A DNA stretch of 64,000 nucleotides, taken from NCBI GenBank assembly GCA_963676565.1, contig OY781089.1:1952001-2016000 (forward strand), in the 5' to 3' direction. The notes beneath the pieces were generated by a model. The model searched no databases, was not told the DNA's origin, and was given only the letters and a program-made list of their open reading frames with translations. Source of the stretch: Halarcobacter sp. (GTDB lineage: Bacteria > Campylobacterota > Campylobacteria > Campylobacterales > Arcobacteraceae). Below are positions 9,333-18,485 of this stretch, piece by piece. How positions within the stretch are numbered: the first letter of the stretch is position 1; every line of letters starts with the position of its first letter. The translations under genes were made by a program, and so were the position numbers.

Positions 9333-10094
9333 ATGTTTTGGGGAGTTGACGTTGGTTCCACATATACTAAAATATGTGGAATTGATGAACAAAAACAGAT
9401 TATTGATACAATAGTTATTCCAACAATTGTAAATCAAGATGAGATAGTAAAAGATTACTTAAGTAATAAAAATGTTGAGATGTTAGTTTCAACTGGATAT
9501 GGAAGGCATATGATTGAAGACACCTTTTCATGTCCAGTAATTTCAGAAATAAAAGCCCATGCCAAAGGTGCATACTATTTTGCCCAAGAATCTCAAATGG
9601 TAATTGATTTAGGTGGTCAAGATAGCAAAGTTATTATGTTAGATGGAAATGGCGGTTTTGTAGATTTTAAAATGAATGATAAATGTGCCGCTGGAACTGG
9701 AAAATTTTTAGAAATAGCTTCAAGTAGAATGGGACTTACTCTTGAAGAGTTTTCAAAAATTGGCTTTGAAGCCAATAAAGAACTAAGTATCTCAAGCATG
9801 TGTGCAGTTTTTGCAGAATCAGAAGTGATATCTTTAATTGCAAAAAAGGAGAGTGCCGCAAATATTTGTTATGCTGTTCATGATTCCATTGCCTCAAGAC
9901 TTGCCTCAATGGCAAGAAAATTTGCTATCAAAAGTGATGTAATTTTATTTACAGGAGGAGGGGCATTAAATGGTTTTTTACTTCATCTTCTATCAAAAAA
10001 ATTAGAAAAAAATGTAATTAGTGTTGGTTATCCTCAATTAACAGGGGCTATAGGTGCTGCTTTATCTGGTTTTGAAGTTTGTAAAGAACTGTAA
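9333..10094 (+). CDS. ATP-dependent activator (acyl-CoA dehydratase activase / DCCP-R, ASKHA ATPase with [4Fe-4S])
   Basis: GVDVGST, STGYGR, DLGGQDSK, MNDKCAAGTG and SMCAVFAESE motifs. Confidence 0.9.
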   Translation: MFWGVDVGSTYTKICGIDEQKQIIDTIVIPTIVNQDEIVKDYLSNKNVEMLVSTGYGRHMIEDTFSCPVISEIKAHAKGAYYFAQESQMVIDLGGQDSKVIMLDGNGGFVDFKMNDKCAAGTGKFLEIASSRMGLTLEEFSKIGFEANKELSISSMCAVFAESEVISLIAKKESAANICYAVHDSIASRLASMARKFAIKSDVILFTGGGALNGFLLHLLSKKLEKNVISVGYPQLTGAIGAALSGFEVCKEL

Positions 10095-10164
10095 GAAAAA
10101 AAGTTAATTTTGTTCATTAAATAACAAAGAATATATTAAACTAACTTAAATCATTATTTTTAAC

Positions 10165-10182
10165 GGTAAATTTTTTTTTACC
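10165..10182. promoter_or_regulatory. Palindromic operator GGTAAA-N6-TTTACC
   Basis: Perfect copy; also at 19750 and 27292. Confidence 0.55.
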
Positions 10183-10235
10183 TTTAAGAAAAGATTTATA
10201 TTTAATAGTTTAGTATTACATTTAATATTTAAAAA

Positions 10236-10304
10236 AAGCATCAACCTAAGGTTTAGGTTTGGACATAATTGATATGCGTGAAATTATTATGACTACACAT
10301 GCTT
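10236..10304 (+). promoter_or_regulatory. Conserved leader element copy 3 (AAGCAT / AACCTAA-GGT-TTAGGTT / CATAAT..ATTATG / ACTAC / ATGCTT)
   Basis: Most complete three-stem copy; ends about 10 nt before the GGAG RBS. Confidence 0.7.
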
Positions 10305-10324
10305 CAATACACTTGGAGTAATAA

Positions 10325-11419
10325 ATGAACAGAAGAACTTTCTTAAAAAACACAACAATATTGGCTGCAACTTCTACAGTTATACCTAACTTAGTATTTG
10401 CTAATGAAAATAAAAATCCTTTTGGTATCAAAGAGGGTGTTAGAAAATTTACGATTAACAACAATTTTAAACTTGAATCATCAAAAGAAAAAGCTCAAAT
10501 CTGGATTCCAGTTCCATTAAGTTCTAATTATCAAGAATTAGTTGATATCTCTTATTCTGGAAACTATGAAAAAGCAGAAATCGTAGAAAATGAATACAAT
10601 ACAAAAGTTTTATATGCAACTTGGAAAACTGAAGAAAAAGAACCAACAATTGATGTAAAATTTGAGGTAATGACAAAACAAACTTTTGCAGATTTATCAA
10701 AAGCTAAAAATGACGAAAATTATTCAACAAAAATTAAACAATATCTTGAGCCAACAGCTCATATCCCTGTAAATGACAAACTTAAAGAGTTTACTGCACA
10801 AATTATAAAAGATGCAAAAACTCCTTTAGAAAAAGCTCAAGCTATTTATGACTGGACAGTAACTACTATGTATAGAGACAACTCAGTTATAGGATGTGGA
10901 GTTGGAGATGCAGGTAAAGCATTAGATGAAAAAATATATGGTGGAAAATGTACAGATATTAGTTCTGTGTTTGTTTGTTTATTAAGAAATGCAAATATCC
11001 CATCAAGAGAAGTATTTGGTATTAGAGCTGGTAAATCAAAAATCTCAAAAGTTTGTGGTAAAGCAGACGAAAAAGGTTTTGCAAATATTACTGGTGGACA
11101 ACATTGTAGAGCAGAGTTTTATGTAAGTGGTCTAGGTTGGGTTCCAGCAGATCCAGCAGATGTTACAAAAGTAAGACTTGGTGAAAAATTAACAAATGAA
11201 TCTCAAAAAACAATTGATACAAAAAACTTTATGTTTGGAAATTGGGAAATGAATTGGGTTGCATTTAACTATGCTAGAGATTTTGTTTTAAATCCAAAAC
11301 CAACTCAATATCCTTTAAATATGTTAGGGTATCCGTATGCTGAAATAGGTGAAGATGCACAAAACTACTATGATGCAAAAACTTTTGCATATAGTTATAC
11401 TTCTCAAGAGAGAGTATGA
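10325..11419 (+). CDS. Tat-exported transglutaminase-like (Cys-His-Asp) protein
   Basis: MNRRTFLK Tat signal; GGKCTD, QHCRAEFY and WVPADPAD triad motifs. Confidence 0.85.
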   Translation: MNRRTFLKNTTILAATSTVIPNLVFANENKNPFGIKEGVRKFTINNNFKLESSKEKAQIWIPVPLSSNYQELVDISYSGNYEKAEIVENEYNTKVLYATWKTEEKEPTIDVKFEVMTKQTFADLSKAKNDENYSTKIKQYLEPTAHIPVNDKLKEFTAQIIKDAKTPLEKAQAIYDWTVTTMYRDNSVIGCGVGDAGKALDEKIYGGKCTDISSVFVCLLRNANIPSREVFGIRAGKSKISKVCGKADEKGFANITGGQHCRAEFYVSGLGWVPADPADVTKVRLGEKLTNESQKTIDTKNFMFGNWEMNWVAFNYARDFVLNPKPTQYPLNMLGYPYAEIGEDAQNYYDAKTFAYSYTSQERV

Positions 11420-11745
11420 AAAAAAAGGTAAATTTACCTATTATTGGTGCGGTTTTTACCGCACTATTATCAACACTATGTTGTTTACCAGCATTTTTAT
11501 TTATTTTCTTTGGTATTTCAGGTGGAGTTTTAACTTATTTTACAACACTTGAATATATAAGAATCCCAATGGCTGTTTTAACGGTTGTTTTATTTATCTA
11601 TGGAATTAGAAAGCTAAATAAAAAAATAAAATGTGAATGTACAAAGGCTGAAAAACTTAAAAATTATAGTTTTGTAATATTGTCATTTCTTTTAGTTTTA
11701 TCTATACTTTTATATCCTGAGATAATTCCAATGTTTATGGAGTAG
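11416..11745 (+). CDS. MerT-like small membrane transporter
   Basis: Three hydrophobic segments, STLCCLP in TM1, CxC in the loop; 4-bp overlap with the upstream gene. Confidence 0.75.
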   Translation: MKKKVNLPIIGAVFTALLSTLCCLPAFLFIFFGISGGVLTYFTTLEYIRIPMAVLTVVLFIYGIRKLNKKIKCECTKAEKLKNYSFVILSFLLVLSILLYPEIIPMFME

Positions 11746-11748
11746 TAT

Positions 11749-12030
11749 ATGAAATATTTATTAGTATTAGTTCTTTTCATAAGTTCTATTTTTGCACAAC
11801 AAACTTCAGTTTTTGAAGTTAAAGGTATGCATTGTCCTTTATGTACAACAGCCGTTAAAAAAGCTATTAGAAAACTTGATGGTGTAGAAAAAGTAAGCGC
11901 CCGATTAAACACAAAAAGAGTAACTGTTATACATGATGAAAAAGTTACAATTGACTCAATTTTAAAGGCAATAAAAACTACATCTTATGAAGGTGTAGAA
12001 ATCTCTACAGAAAAAGCTATATCAAAATAA
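11749..12030 (+). CDS. MerP-like periplasmic heavy-metal-associated (HMA) protein
   Basis: Sec-type signal peptide followed by VKGMHCPLC HMA motif. Confidence 0.85.
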   Translation: MKYLLVLVLFISSIFAQQTSVFEVKGMHCPLCTTAVKKAIRKLDGVEKVSARLNTKRVTVIHDEKVTIDSILKAIKTTSYEGVEISTEKAISK

Positions 12031-12173
12031 TAAACTAGTAAATATTTTATTTTCAATAATTGGGAAATAATTTTTTACTTTTTAAACTTCCTTTTAAAAT
12101 AATTTTTATAATATAATTAAATTTATTTATTAAAAATTTAATTTAAATAAATATTCACTTTCAAGGAGAAAAT

Positions 12174-14267
12174 ATGTATGGATTATGGCAGAAGCTTTTT
12201 GGTAATCTCAAAGTTTTTAAAAAAATGTTGTTGGTGTCAATTATATCGTTAATCTCGATGCTTATTTTAACTTGTATCCTTTTGTTAGGACAAGAAGAAA
12301 TGATGGTTCAAGAGAAAAAAACTCAGTTAGTTAATGTAATTGACCTATCCTACAGTTTCGTTGAAAAAGAATATAAAAGATTTAAAGCTGGCGAAATTAC
12401 AGAAGAAGAAGCTAAAAATAATGTAATTGAAGCATATAAAAGTTTAAGATATCAAGGTAATAATTATATTTGGATAAATGATAATAATATAGATTCAGTA
12501 AAAATGATTATGCATCCAATAGATTCAGATTTAGCTGGTAAAGTTATGGATGCTAAAGTTTATAATGCTGCTACAGCAATTGATTTTGGAAAAGATTCAA
12601 AATCAAGTAAAAAATTAGCAAATACTAATATGTTTAAAGCCTTTGTAGAAGCTACACAAGATAATGGTTCAGGTTTTGTTCATTATTCAAGAGTTGATGA
12701 AAAAACAAATAAATTACAAAAAAAGCTTTCTTATGTAAAAGAGTTTGCTCCATGGGGATGGGTTTTTGGTTCTGGGATTTATATTGATGATATAGATGAA
12801 GAGTTTATGCATTCTGCGCAAAAAGCAGCCTTAGTTGTTTTAATCATACTTGCTATTTTGTCTTTTAATTTTAGTATGATTACTAAAGAGATTGTATTTA
12901 AAGTGACAACTATAAATGAAGGTTTAGAAAACTTTTTTGCATATTTAAATAGAGAAACAAATGATGTAGAGATTAAACAAATTATTTGTAGAGATGAGTT
13001 TGGTGCTATGTCAGATTTAATTAATACAAATATTGAAAAAGCTAAAAAAGGTATTCAAGAAGATAGAGAATTAATTGATGAAACAATAACTGTCCTTGGT
13101 GAATTTGAACAAGGTGATTTATGTCAAAGGGTTAATATAAATGTTTCAAATCCAGCAATGCAACAGTTAAAAGAAGTATTAAATAATATGGCTGAACACT
13201 TAGAACATAATATTGATACTGTTTTAGATGTTTTAGAAAAATATTCTAACTTTAATTACCTTGACAAAGTTAATACAAATGGTATTCAAAAAGATTTATT
13301 AAAACTTGCAAATGGAGTTAACACTTTAGGTGATTCAATTACAGCTATGTTAGTTGCAAGTAAAAGAGATGGTTTAAAACTAGATGATAGTTCAGCTTTA
13401 TTATTAGAAAATGTAGAATCTTTAAATAATAATGCCAATGAAGCAGCCTCTTCATTAGAAGAAACAGCAGCATCATTAGAACAGATGACGGGAAATCTTA
13501 GAAGTAATACACAAAATATTGATGAGATGGCTCAAATCTCACAAAAAGTTACTAAATCTGCAAAAGATGGGGAAATTCTAGCAACTCAAACAACAACTGC
13601 AATGGAAGAGATTGATACGCAAGTAAACTTAATCAATGAGTCAATTACTGTAATTGATCAAATTGCATTCCAAACAAATATTCTTTCACTAAACGCAGCT
13701 GTAGAAGCTGCAACAGCAGGTGAAGCAGGGAAAGGTTTTGCAGTAGTTGCACAAGAGGTTAGAAATCTTGCGAATAGGTCTGCAGAGGCTGCAAAAGAGA
13801 TAAAAAATTTAGTTGAAAGTGCAACAAGTAAGGCAAATGAAGGTAAAGAGATTGCTACAAATATGATTAATGGTTATGTGGCATTAAATGAAAATATTAA
13901 TCAAACTATTACTTTAATTAATAATGTTGAAATGTCTAGTAAAGAGCAATTAACAGGAATAGAACAAATCAATCAAGCAGTTGCACAATTAGATACACAA
14001 ACACAAATGAATGCACAAGTTGCTTCTCAAACACAAGAAATAGCCTTAGCAACAGATAAAATTGCAAAAATGGTTGTTGATAGTGCTGATGAGAAAGAGT
14101 TTGTAGGAAAAGAAAAATTAAAAAGAAGAGATAGAACATTACGGAAAACTTACACAGGTGTAGAAAGAAGAGAGCTAGAAAAAATTATTAAACCTTCTCT
14201 TTCAGTAAAAAATGAGAGTATAAAAGCTAAAATTGAAGAAAAAGATGATGAGTGGGAAAGCTTTTAA
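12174..14267 (+). CDS. Methyl-accepting chemotaxis protein with single Cache_2 sensor
   Basis: TM-sCache_2 ([29 protein letters not shown])-[19 protein letters not shown] signalling hairpin; C-terminal EWESF pentapeptide. Confidence 0.92.
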   Translation: MYGLWQKLFGNLKVFKKMLLVSIISLISMLILTCILLLGQEEMMVQEKKTQLVNVIDLSYSFVEKEYKRFKAGEITEEEAKNNVIEAYKSLRYQGNNYIWINDNNIDSVKMIMHPIDSDLAGKVMDAKVYNAATAIDFGKDSKSSKKLANTNMFKAFVEATQDNGSGFVHYSRVDEKTNKLQKKLSYVKEFAPWGWVFGSGIYIDDIDEEFMHSAQKAALVVLIILAILSFNFSMITKEIVFKVTTINEGLENFFAYLNRETNDVEIKQIICRDEFGAMSDLINTNIEKAKKGIQEDRELIDETITVLGEFEQGDLCQRVNINVSNPAMQQLKEVLNNMAEHLEHNIDTVLDVLEKYSNFNYLDKVNTNGIQKDLLKLANGVNTLGDSITAMLVASKRDGLKLDDSSALLLENVESLNNNANEAASSLEETAASLEQMTGNLRSNTQNIDEMAQISQKVTKSAKDGEILATQTTTAMEEIDTQVNLINESITVIDQIAFQTNILSLNAAVEAATAGEAGKGFAVVAQEVRNLANRSAEAAKEIKNLVESATSKANEGKEIATNMINGYVALNENINQTITLINNVEMSSKEQLTGIEQINQAVAQLDTQTQMNAQVASQTQEIALATDKIAKMVVDSADEKEFVGKEKLKRRDRTLRKTYTGVERRELEKIIKPSLSVKNESIKAKIEEKDDEWESF

Positions 14268-14276
14268 AGGTTTTAT

Positions 14277-15710
14277 TTGAATTCAAAATATAAAGTTATT
14301 ATAGTTATTACAAGTTTATTAATAGTTTTATCAATAAGTATATCTTTTATAAATTATGTAGTATCTTTAAATAGTGCTCAAAAGCAATTAAAAGATCAAT
14401 CTCTTCCTTTATCTTTGGATAATATTTACTCTGATATTCAGAAAAATATTATCCAACCTTATTTGGTTTCTTCAATGATGGCAAATGACACTTTTGTTCA
14501 TGATTGGTTATTAAATGAAGAATCAAATGAAAAGAAAATCATCAAGTACCTTGAAGCTATTAAAAACAAATATAATATGTTTAATACCTTTTTGGTTTCT
14601 AATGAAACAAAAAACTATTATACTCCCCATGGAGTTGTTGAAAAAATTAAAAAAGATAATCCAGCAAATAAGTGGTATTTTGACTTTTATAGTTCTCAAG
14701 GTAAACATGAAATAAATTTAGATTTTAATGAACACATGTCAAACAATATGATTATGTTTATTAATTATAAAATTTTTGATAGTGACTTTCACTTTATTGG
14801 TGCAACAGGTGTTGCTATTAAAATATCTTATATTGATGAATTACTTGAGACTTTTAGGACTAAATATAATTTTCAAGTAACATTTTTTAATAAAAATGGA
14901 AAAGTGGTTTTATCTGAAAGAAAATTTTATAAATATAAAACTATAAAAGAAGATGAAACACTTAAAAAATTTGAAAATGTAATAATCTCTAAAAAAAGTA
15001 ATATTATTGAATATGAGCATAATGATTCAAACTATATTATAAATACAAAGTATATACCTGAGCTTGACCTATATTTAACAGTAAAAGCAAATTTAGATGA
15101 TTTTACTGAAGATGTAAAAAATATTTTTTATTTTAATCTGATTATATCTATTTTTATCACCTTTGCAATCTCTTTCATTGTTTTTTATATTATTAAAAAT
15201 TACAGTAGAAAATTAGAGTATTTATCTCAATATGATTCTTTAACTGATCTTTCAAATAGAAGGGATTTTGAAGAGAAATTAAATAGAGAAATTGATTTAT
15301 ACAAAAGAAAACCCCAAAATATATCTTTTGTATTTTTAGATATTGACAATTTTAAATCAATAAATGATAATTATGGTCATGCAAAAGGGGATTTAGTTTT
15401 AAAAGAGATTGCAAATATTTTAAAAAGAAATATTAGAAAAACAGATATAGTTGGTAGATGGGGTGGTGAAGAGTTTGTTATTGCTTTTATTGGTTCATCT
15501 TTAGAAAATACTATGTCAGTTTGTGAAAATATTAGAAAAGAGATTGAATCAAATATAAAAATAAAAAAATTAGTAAGTCTTAATGTAACTGCAAGTTTTG
15601 GTATAACATTATTAAAACAAACAGATAATGTTGATACAATTACTTCAAGGGCAGATGAAGCAATGTATCAATCAAAAAATAATGGAAAGAACCAAATAAA
15701 TAGTTTATAA
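14277..15710 (+). CDS. Membrane sensor (Cache-like) diguanylate cyclase
   Basis: Two TMs flanking a periplasmic domain; DSLT, DIDNFK and RWGGEEF motifs. Confidence 0.9.
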   Translation: MNSKYKVIIVITSLLIVLSISISFINYVVSLNSAQKQLKDQSLPLSLDNIYSDIQKNIIQPYLVSSMMANDTFVHDWLLNEESNEKKIIKYLEAIKNKYNMFNTFLVSNETKNYYTPHGVVEKIKKDNPANKWYFDFYSSQGKHEINLDFNEHMSNNMIMFINYKIFDSDFHFIGATGVAIKISYIDELLETFRTKYNFQVTFFNKNGKVVLSERKFYKYKTIKEDETLKKFENVIISKKSNIIEYEHNDSNYIINTKYIPELDLYLTVKANLDDFTEDVKNIFYFNLIISIFITFAISFIVFYIIKNYSRKLEYLSQYDSLTDLSNRRDFEEKLNREIDLYKRKPQNISFVFLDIDNFKSINDNYGHAKGDLVLKEIANILKRNIRKTDIVGRWGGEEFVIAFIGSSLENTMSVCENIRKEIESNIKIKKLVSLNVTASFGITLLKQTDNVDTITSRADEAMYQSKNNGKNQINSL

Positions 15711-15715
15711 GAAAT

Positions 15716-16210
15716 TTAGATGATTATTTCATCTAAATTTTTATTTCTTACATCATCAATTTGAAAACAAGCATTTGCTATTTTTCTTGCTGTATCATCT
15801 TTGTACTTTTCTACAATAGCTTTAATACATTTTAGTTCATCTTTATCAAACATAGAAGGATCAAAATCCTCTTCCATTTTTAAAAAGTTTAGTTCAATAA
15901 ATTTTTCTTTTGTAAGAATTTCAATATCAATAAAGTCAAGCATATCTGTAATAAAATAAAGTCTTTCGTCATCCTCTTCTAAATCTTCACCATTTGCAAT
16001 AATATCAAAGAGTTCAGCTAAAACAAGAGCTTCTGGGTTTCTTTTTTGTTTTATATATTTATCACCAAAGATTTTTTTACCTGTAGTTTTAAAAAAGTCA
16101 TAATCGATTAAAAATAGTAAAATTAGTAATTTTCTATCATTTAAATGTTTTACATCTTCATCAATCATGTAAATTATTGCATTTGCAACTTTTGTTATAT
16201 CAATATTCAA
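15716..16210 (-). CDS. Panacea/SocA (DUF4065)-like domain protein
   Basis: KVANAIIY...KLLILLFLIDY...GKKIFGDKY pattern typical of DUF4065 N-termini; no toxin gene adjacent. Confidence 0.6.
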   Translation of the reverse strand: MNIDITKVANAIIYMIDEDVKHLNDRKLLILLFLIDYDFFKTTGKKIFGDKYIKQKRNPEALVLAELFDIIANGEDLEEDDERLYFITDMLDFIDIEILTKEKFIELNFLKMEEDFDPSMFDKDELKCIKAIVEKYKDDTARKIANACFQIDDVRNKNLDEIII

Positions 16211-16219
16211 AATATTCCT

Positions 16220-16900
16220 TTAAATTAAATCTAATGATTCTTCATTAAATTTGTATGTTTTATGGGCAACCTTTGTTAAAATCTTTTTTTCTGCCAATTC
16301 TTTAAAAAGCTTAATCAACGTAGGTTTAGAAATTGAGATTTTATCCATAATATCTGAATATGAGGTTACAAGCTCATTGTTACTGTCTAAATTTGAAATA
16401 ACATATTTTATAATTTCAACTTGCTTACTATCTGTAACTGCTGATATTGTTTTTATTACATTAATATTTTTTTGCATCTCATGGGATTGAACAATTGGAA
16501 ATAAAATATCATGCAAGGTATTTAGTAATTCTTTTATATTTATCGGTTTTACAATATAGTTTTCAACTTTTAGTTTTATAGCATCTAAAAGATATTTTGT
16601 ATCTGTATGGGCCGTTGTTAAGATAGTTGGTATATTTATATCTTTTTGTTTTATATCCCTTAAAAAGTCAATTCCATTTTCATTTTCTAATAAAATATCT
16701 GAAATTATAACATCAACTTTTTTATTTTCTAAAACTTCATGTGCTTCTTCTGATGTATTTACAGCATAAACATTTGCAACAAAATCATCTAAAATATCTT
16801 TAGTATGAGTTAGAAGAGATTTGTCATCTTCTAAATACAATATATTAAAGGTTGACAAGATATTAAGGTTTCGCTCTATAGTCATCACTTTGTCCTTCAT
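16220..16900 (-). CDS. Response regulator with C-terminal winged HTH
   Basis: ILYLEDD, DVIISDI and KP receiver; ISKPTLIKLFKEL HTH. Confidence 0.88.
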   Translation of the reverse strand: MKDKVMTIERNLNILSTFNILYLEDDKSLLTHTKDILDDFVANVYAVNTSEEAHEVLENKKVDVIISDILLENENGIDFLRDIKQKDINIPTILTTAHTDTKYLLDAIKLKVENYIVKPINIKELLNTLHDILFPIVQSHEMQKNINVIKTISAVTDSKQVEIIKYVISNLDSNNELVTSYSDIMDKISISKPTLIKLFKELAEKKILTKVAHKTYKFNEESLDLI

Positions 16901-18485
16901 TTTTATTATCTAATGGAATATCCACAATAAAAAGTGCTCCATATTCTAGTTTCTCACTATTTATTTTATTGTAAACATTCTTACACTTTATATTACCATT
17001 CATATGTTTTTCAATAATTTGTTTAGACATATAAAGCCCAATTCCAGTTCCTGCACTTTTATATTTGGTTGTAAAGTATGGTTCAAAGATATGTGGAAGT
17101 ATTTTTTCATCTACTCCACCAGCATTATCATATGTAAGAATTCTTGCTTTTTGTCTATACTCTTTAACAACAATCTTAATAGCTTTTTCCTTATCAAGAT
17201 TTTTTAAAGCATCTTTTGAGTTTGAAATCATATTTAAAACTACATGGGATAATTCATTATAGTATCCATAAATATTTAAGTCATTCATGATGATAATATT
17301 TAATTTAATATTCTCTTTTTCAAGTATATATTTAGATAAATCCGCTGCATGTAAAACACAATCTTTTACTGAAAACTTAACTTTATCTTTATTTGGACTA
17401 AAGAAATTTTGAAAGTCATCTAAGGTGTTTGACATATTTTCTGCAAGAAGTACAGCATCTTTAGTCTTTTGTTCAACAAATTCAAATGATAGCTTTCCAA
17501 ATTCCATTTTTGTCTGAAATGATTGGATAATCATCATTAGTGAACCTAAAGGTTGTCTCCATTGGTGGGCAATATTTCCTAGCATTTCACCTAAACTTGC
17601 AAGTTTTGATTGCTGGAACATAATTAAGTCTTTTTTCCTTGAGTTTGCAACTTCTTTTTTTATTTTTATTTCAAGATAATCATTAAGTTCTTGTAACTCT
17701 TTTGTCTTTTCATTTACTGCATCTTCAAGGTTAAAGTGTAATTTTCTAAAGTTATTGATTAATAAAACTGATAAAATAATTGAAAATAAAAATACAAAAA
17801 TAATAGAATAGATTAAAATAGTAGTTAATAGATTAAAGGTTTTTTGAGTCTCTCTTTTTTCTGTTACTGCTAGATTTAAATCATAGTTTGTAAGGTTTGT
17901 AATATATACATTTACTGAATTTATCTCAAAGTAAAGTTTATCAATAAAAAATATAGCCTCAACAAAGTTGCCCCTTTGAAGAAGTTGAACTATTCTATTA
18001 ATATCTTTATGCAAATCTGAGATTTTTTCATTTATATTAAAAATCAAATTACTTTGTAAAATTTTTTCATTGTCATCTTCTTTGTTTATCTCAAAAAAAT
18101 CATTAATAAAATTAGTAATAAAAGATTTCTCATATTTTTTGTCAATAGTTGCTTTTTTATAGTTGTTCCAACTTTTGTTAATAAGTTGTTGCGCTAATGA
18201 GATAATATCTTTTGCTTGATAAATGGTGATATTTTTTTGTTGAATTTCATAAAATGTATCATAAATATTGATTTTATAGATATCTTTAATATTTTCTAAT
18301 TCAATTATTGGCTTTGTTCTTTTTTCAAATAGGGTATCAAAATCACTTTTCATTGAGTAAACTGATATTTGTGATAAAGCAATAATAGATATCATACCAC
18401 CTGTTATAATAAACAGTAAAATAGAACTTTTATATCTAAATGACAAATTCTCATAATAATGTAGTGTTTTTTTAATCATCTTCAT
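16863..18485 (-). CDS. Sensor histidine kinase (two TMs, four-helix-bundle-like periplasmic domain)
   Basis: IAHQWRQPL, DNAGG and GTGIGL motifs. Confidence 0.9.
   Translation of the reverse strand: MKMIKKTLHYYENLSFRYKSSILLFIITGGMISIIALSQISVYSMKSDFDTLFEKRTKPIIELENIKDIYKINIYDTFYEIQQKNITIYQAKDIISLAQQLINKSWNNYKKATIDKKYEKSFITNFINDFFEINKEDDNEKILQSNLIFNINEKISDLHKDINRIVQLLQRGNFVEAIFFIDKLYFEINSVNVYITNLTNYDLNLAVTEKRETQKTFNLLTTILIYSIIFVFLFSIILSVLLINNFRKLHFNLEDAVNEKTKELQELNDYLEIKIKKEVANSRKKDLIMFQQSKLASLGEMLGNIAHQWRQPLGSLMMIIQSFQTKMEFGKLSFEFVEQKTKDAVLLAENMSNTLDDFQNFFSPNKDKVKFSVKDCVLHAADLSKYILEKENIKLNIIIMNDLNIYGYYNELSHVVLNMISNSKDALKNLDKEKAIKIVVKEYRQKARILTYDNAGGVDEKILPHIFEPYFTTKYKSAGTGIGLYMSKQIIEKHMNGNIKCKNVYNKINSEKLEYGALFIVDIPLDNKNEGQSDDYRAKP

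Noticed and set aside
11416..12030. Mercury-resistance (mer) operon or transposon
   Set aside because: No merA, merR, transposase or terminal inverted repeats in the window
15716..16210. Complete toxin-antitoxin locus
   Set aside because: The flanking genes are a response regulator and a convergent diguanylate cyclase; no toxin candidate is adjacent
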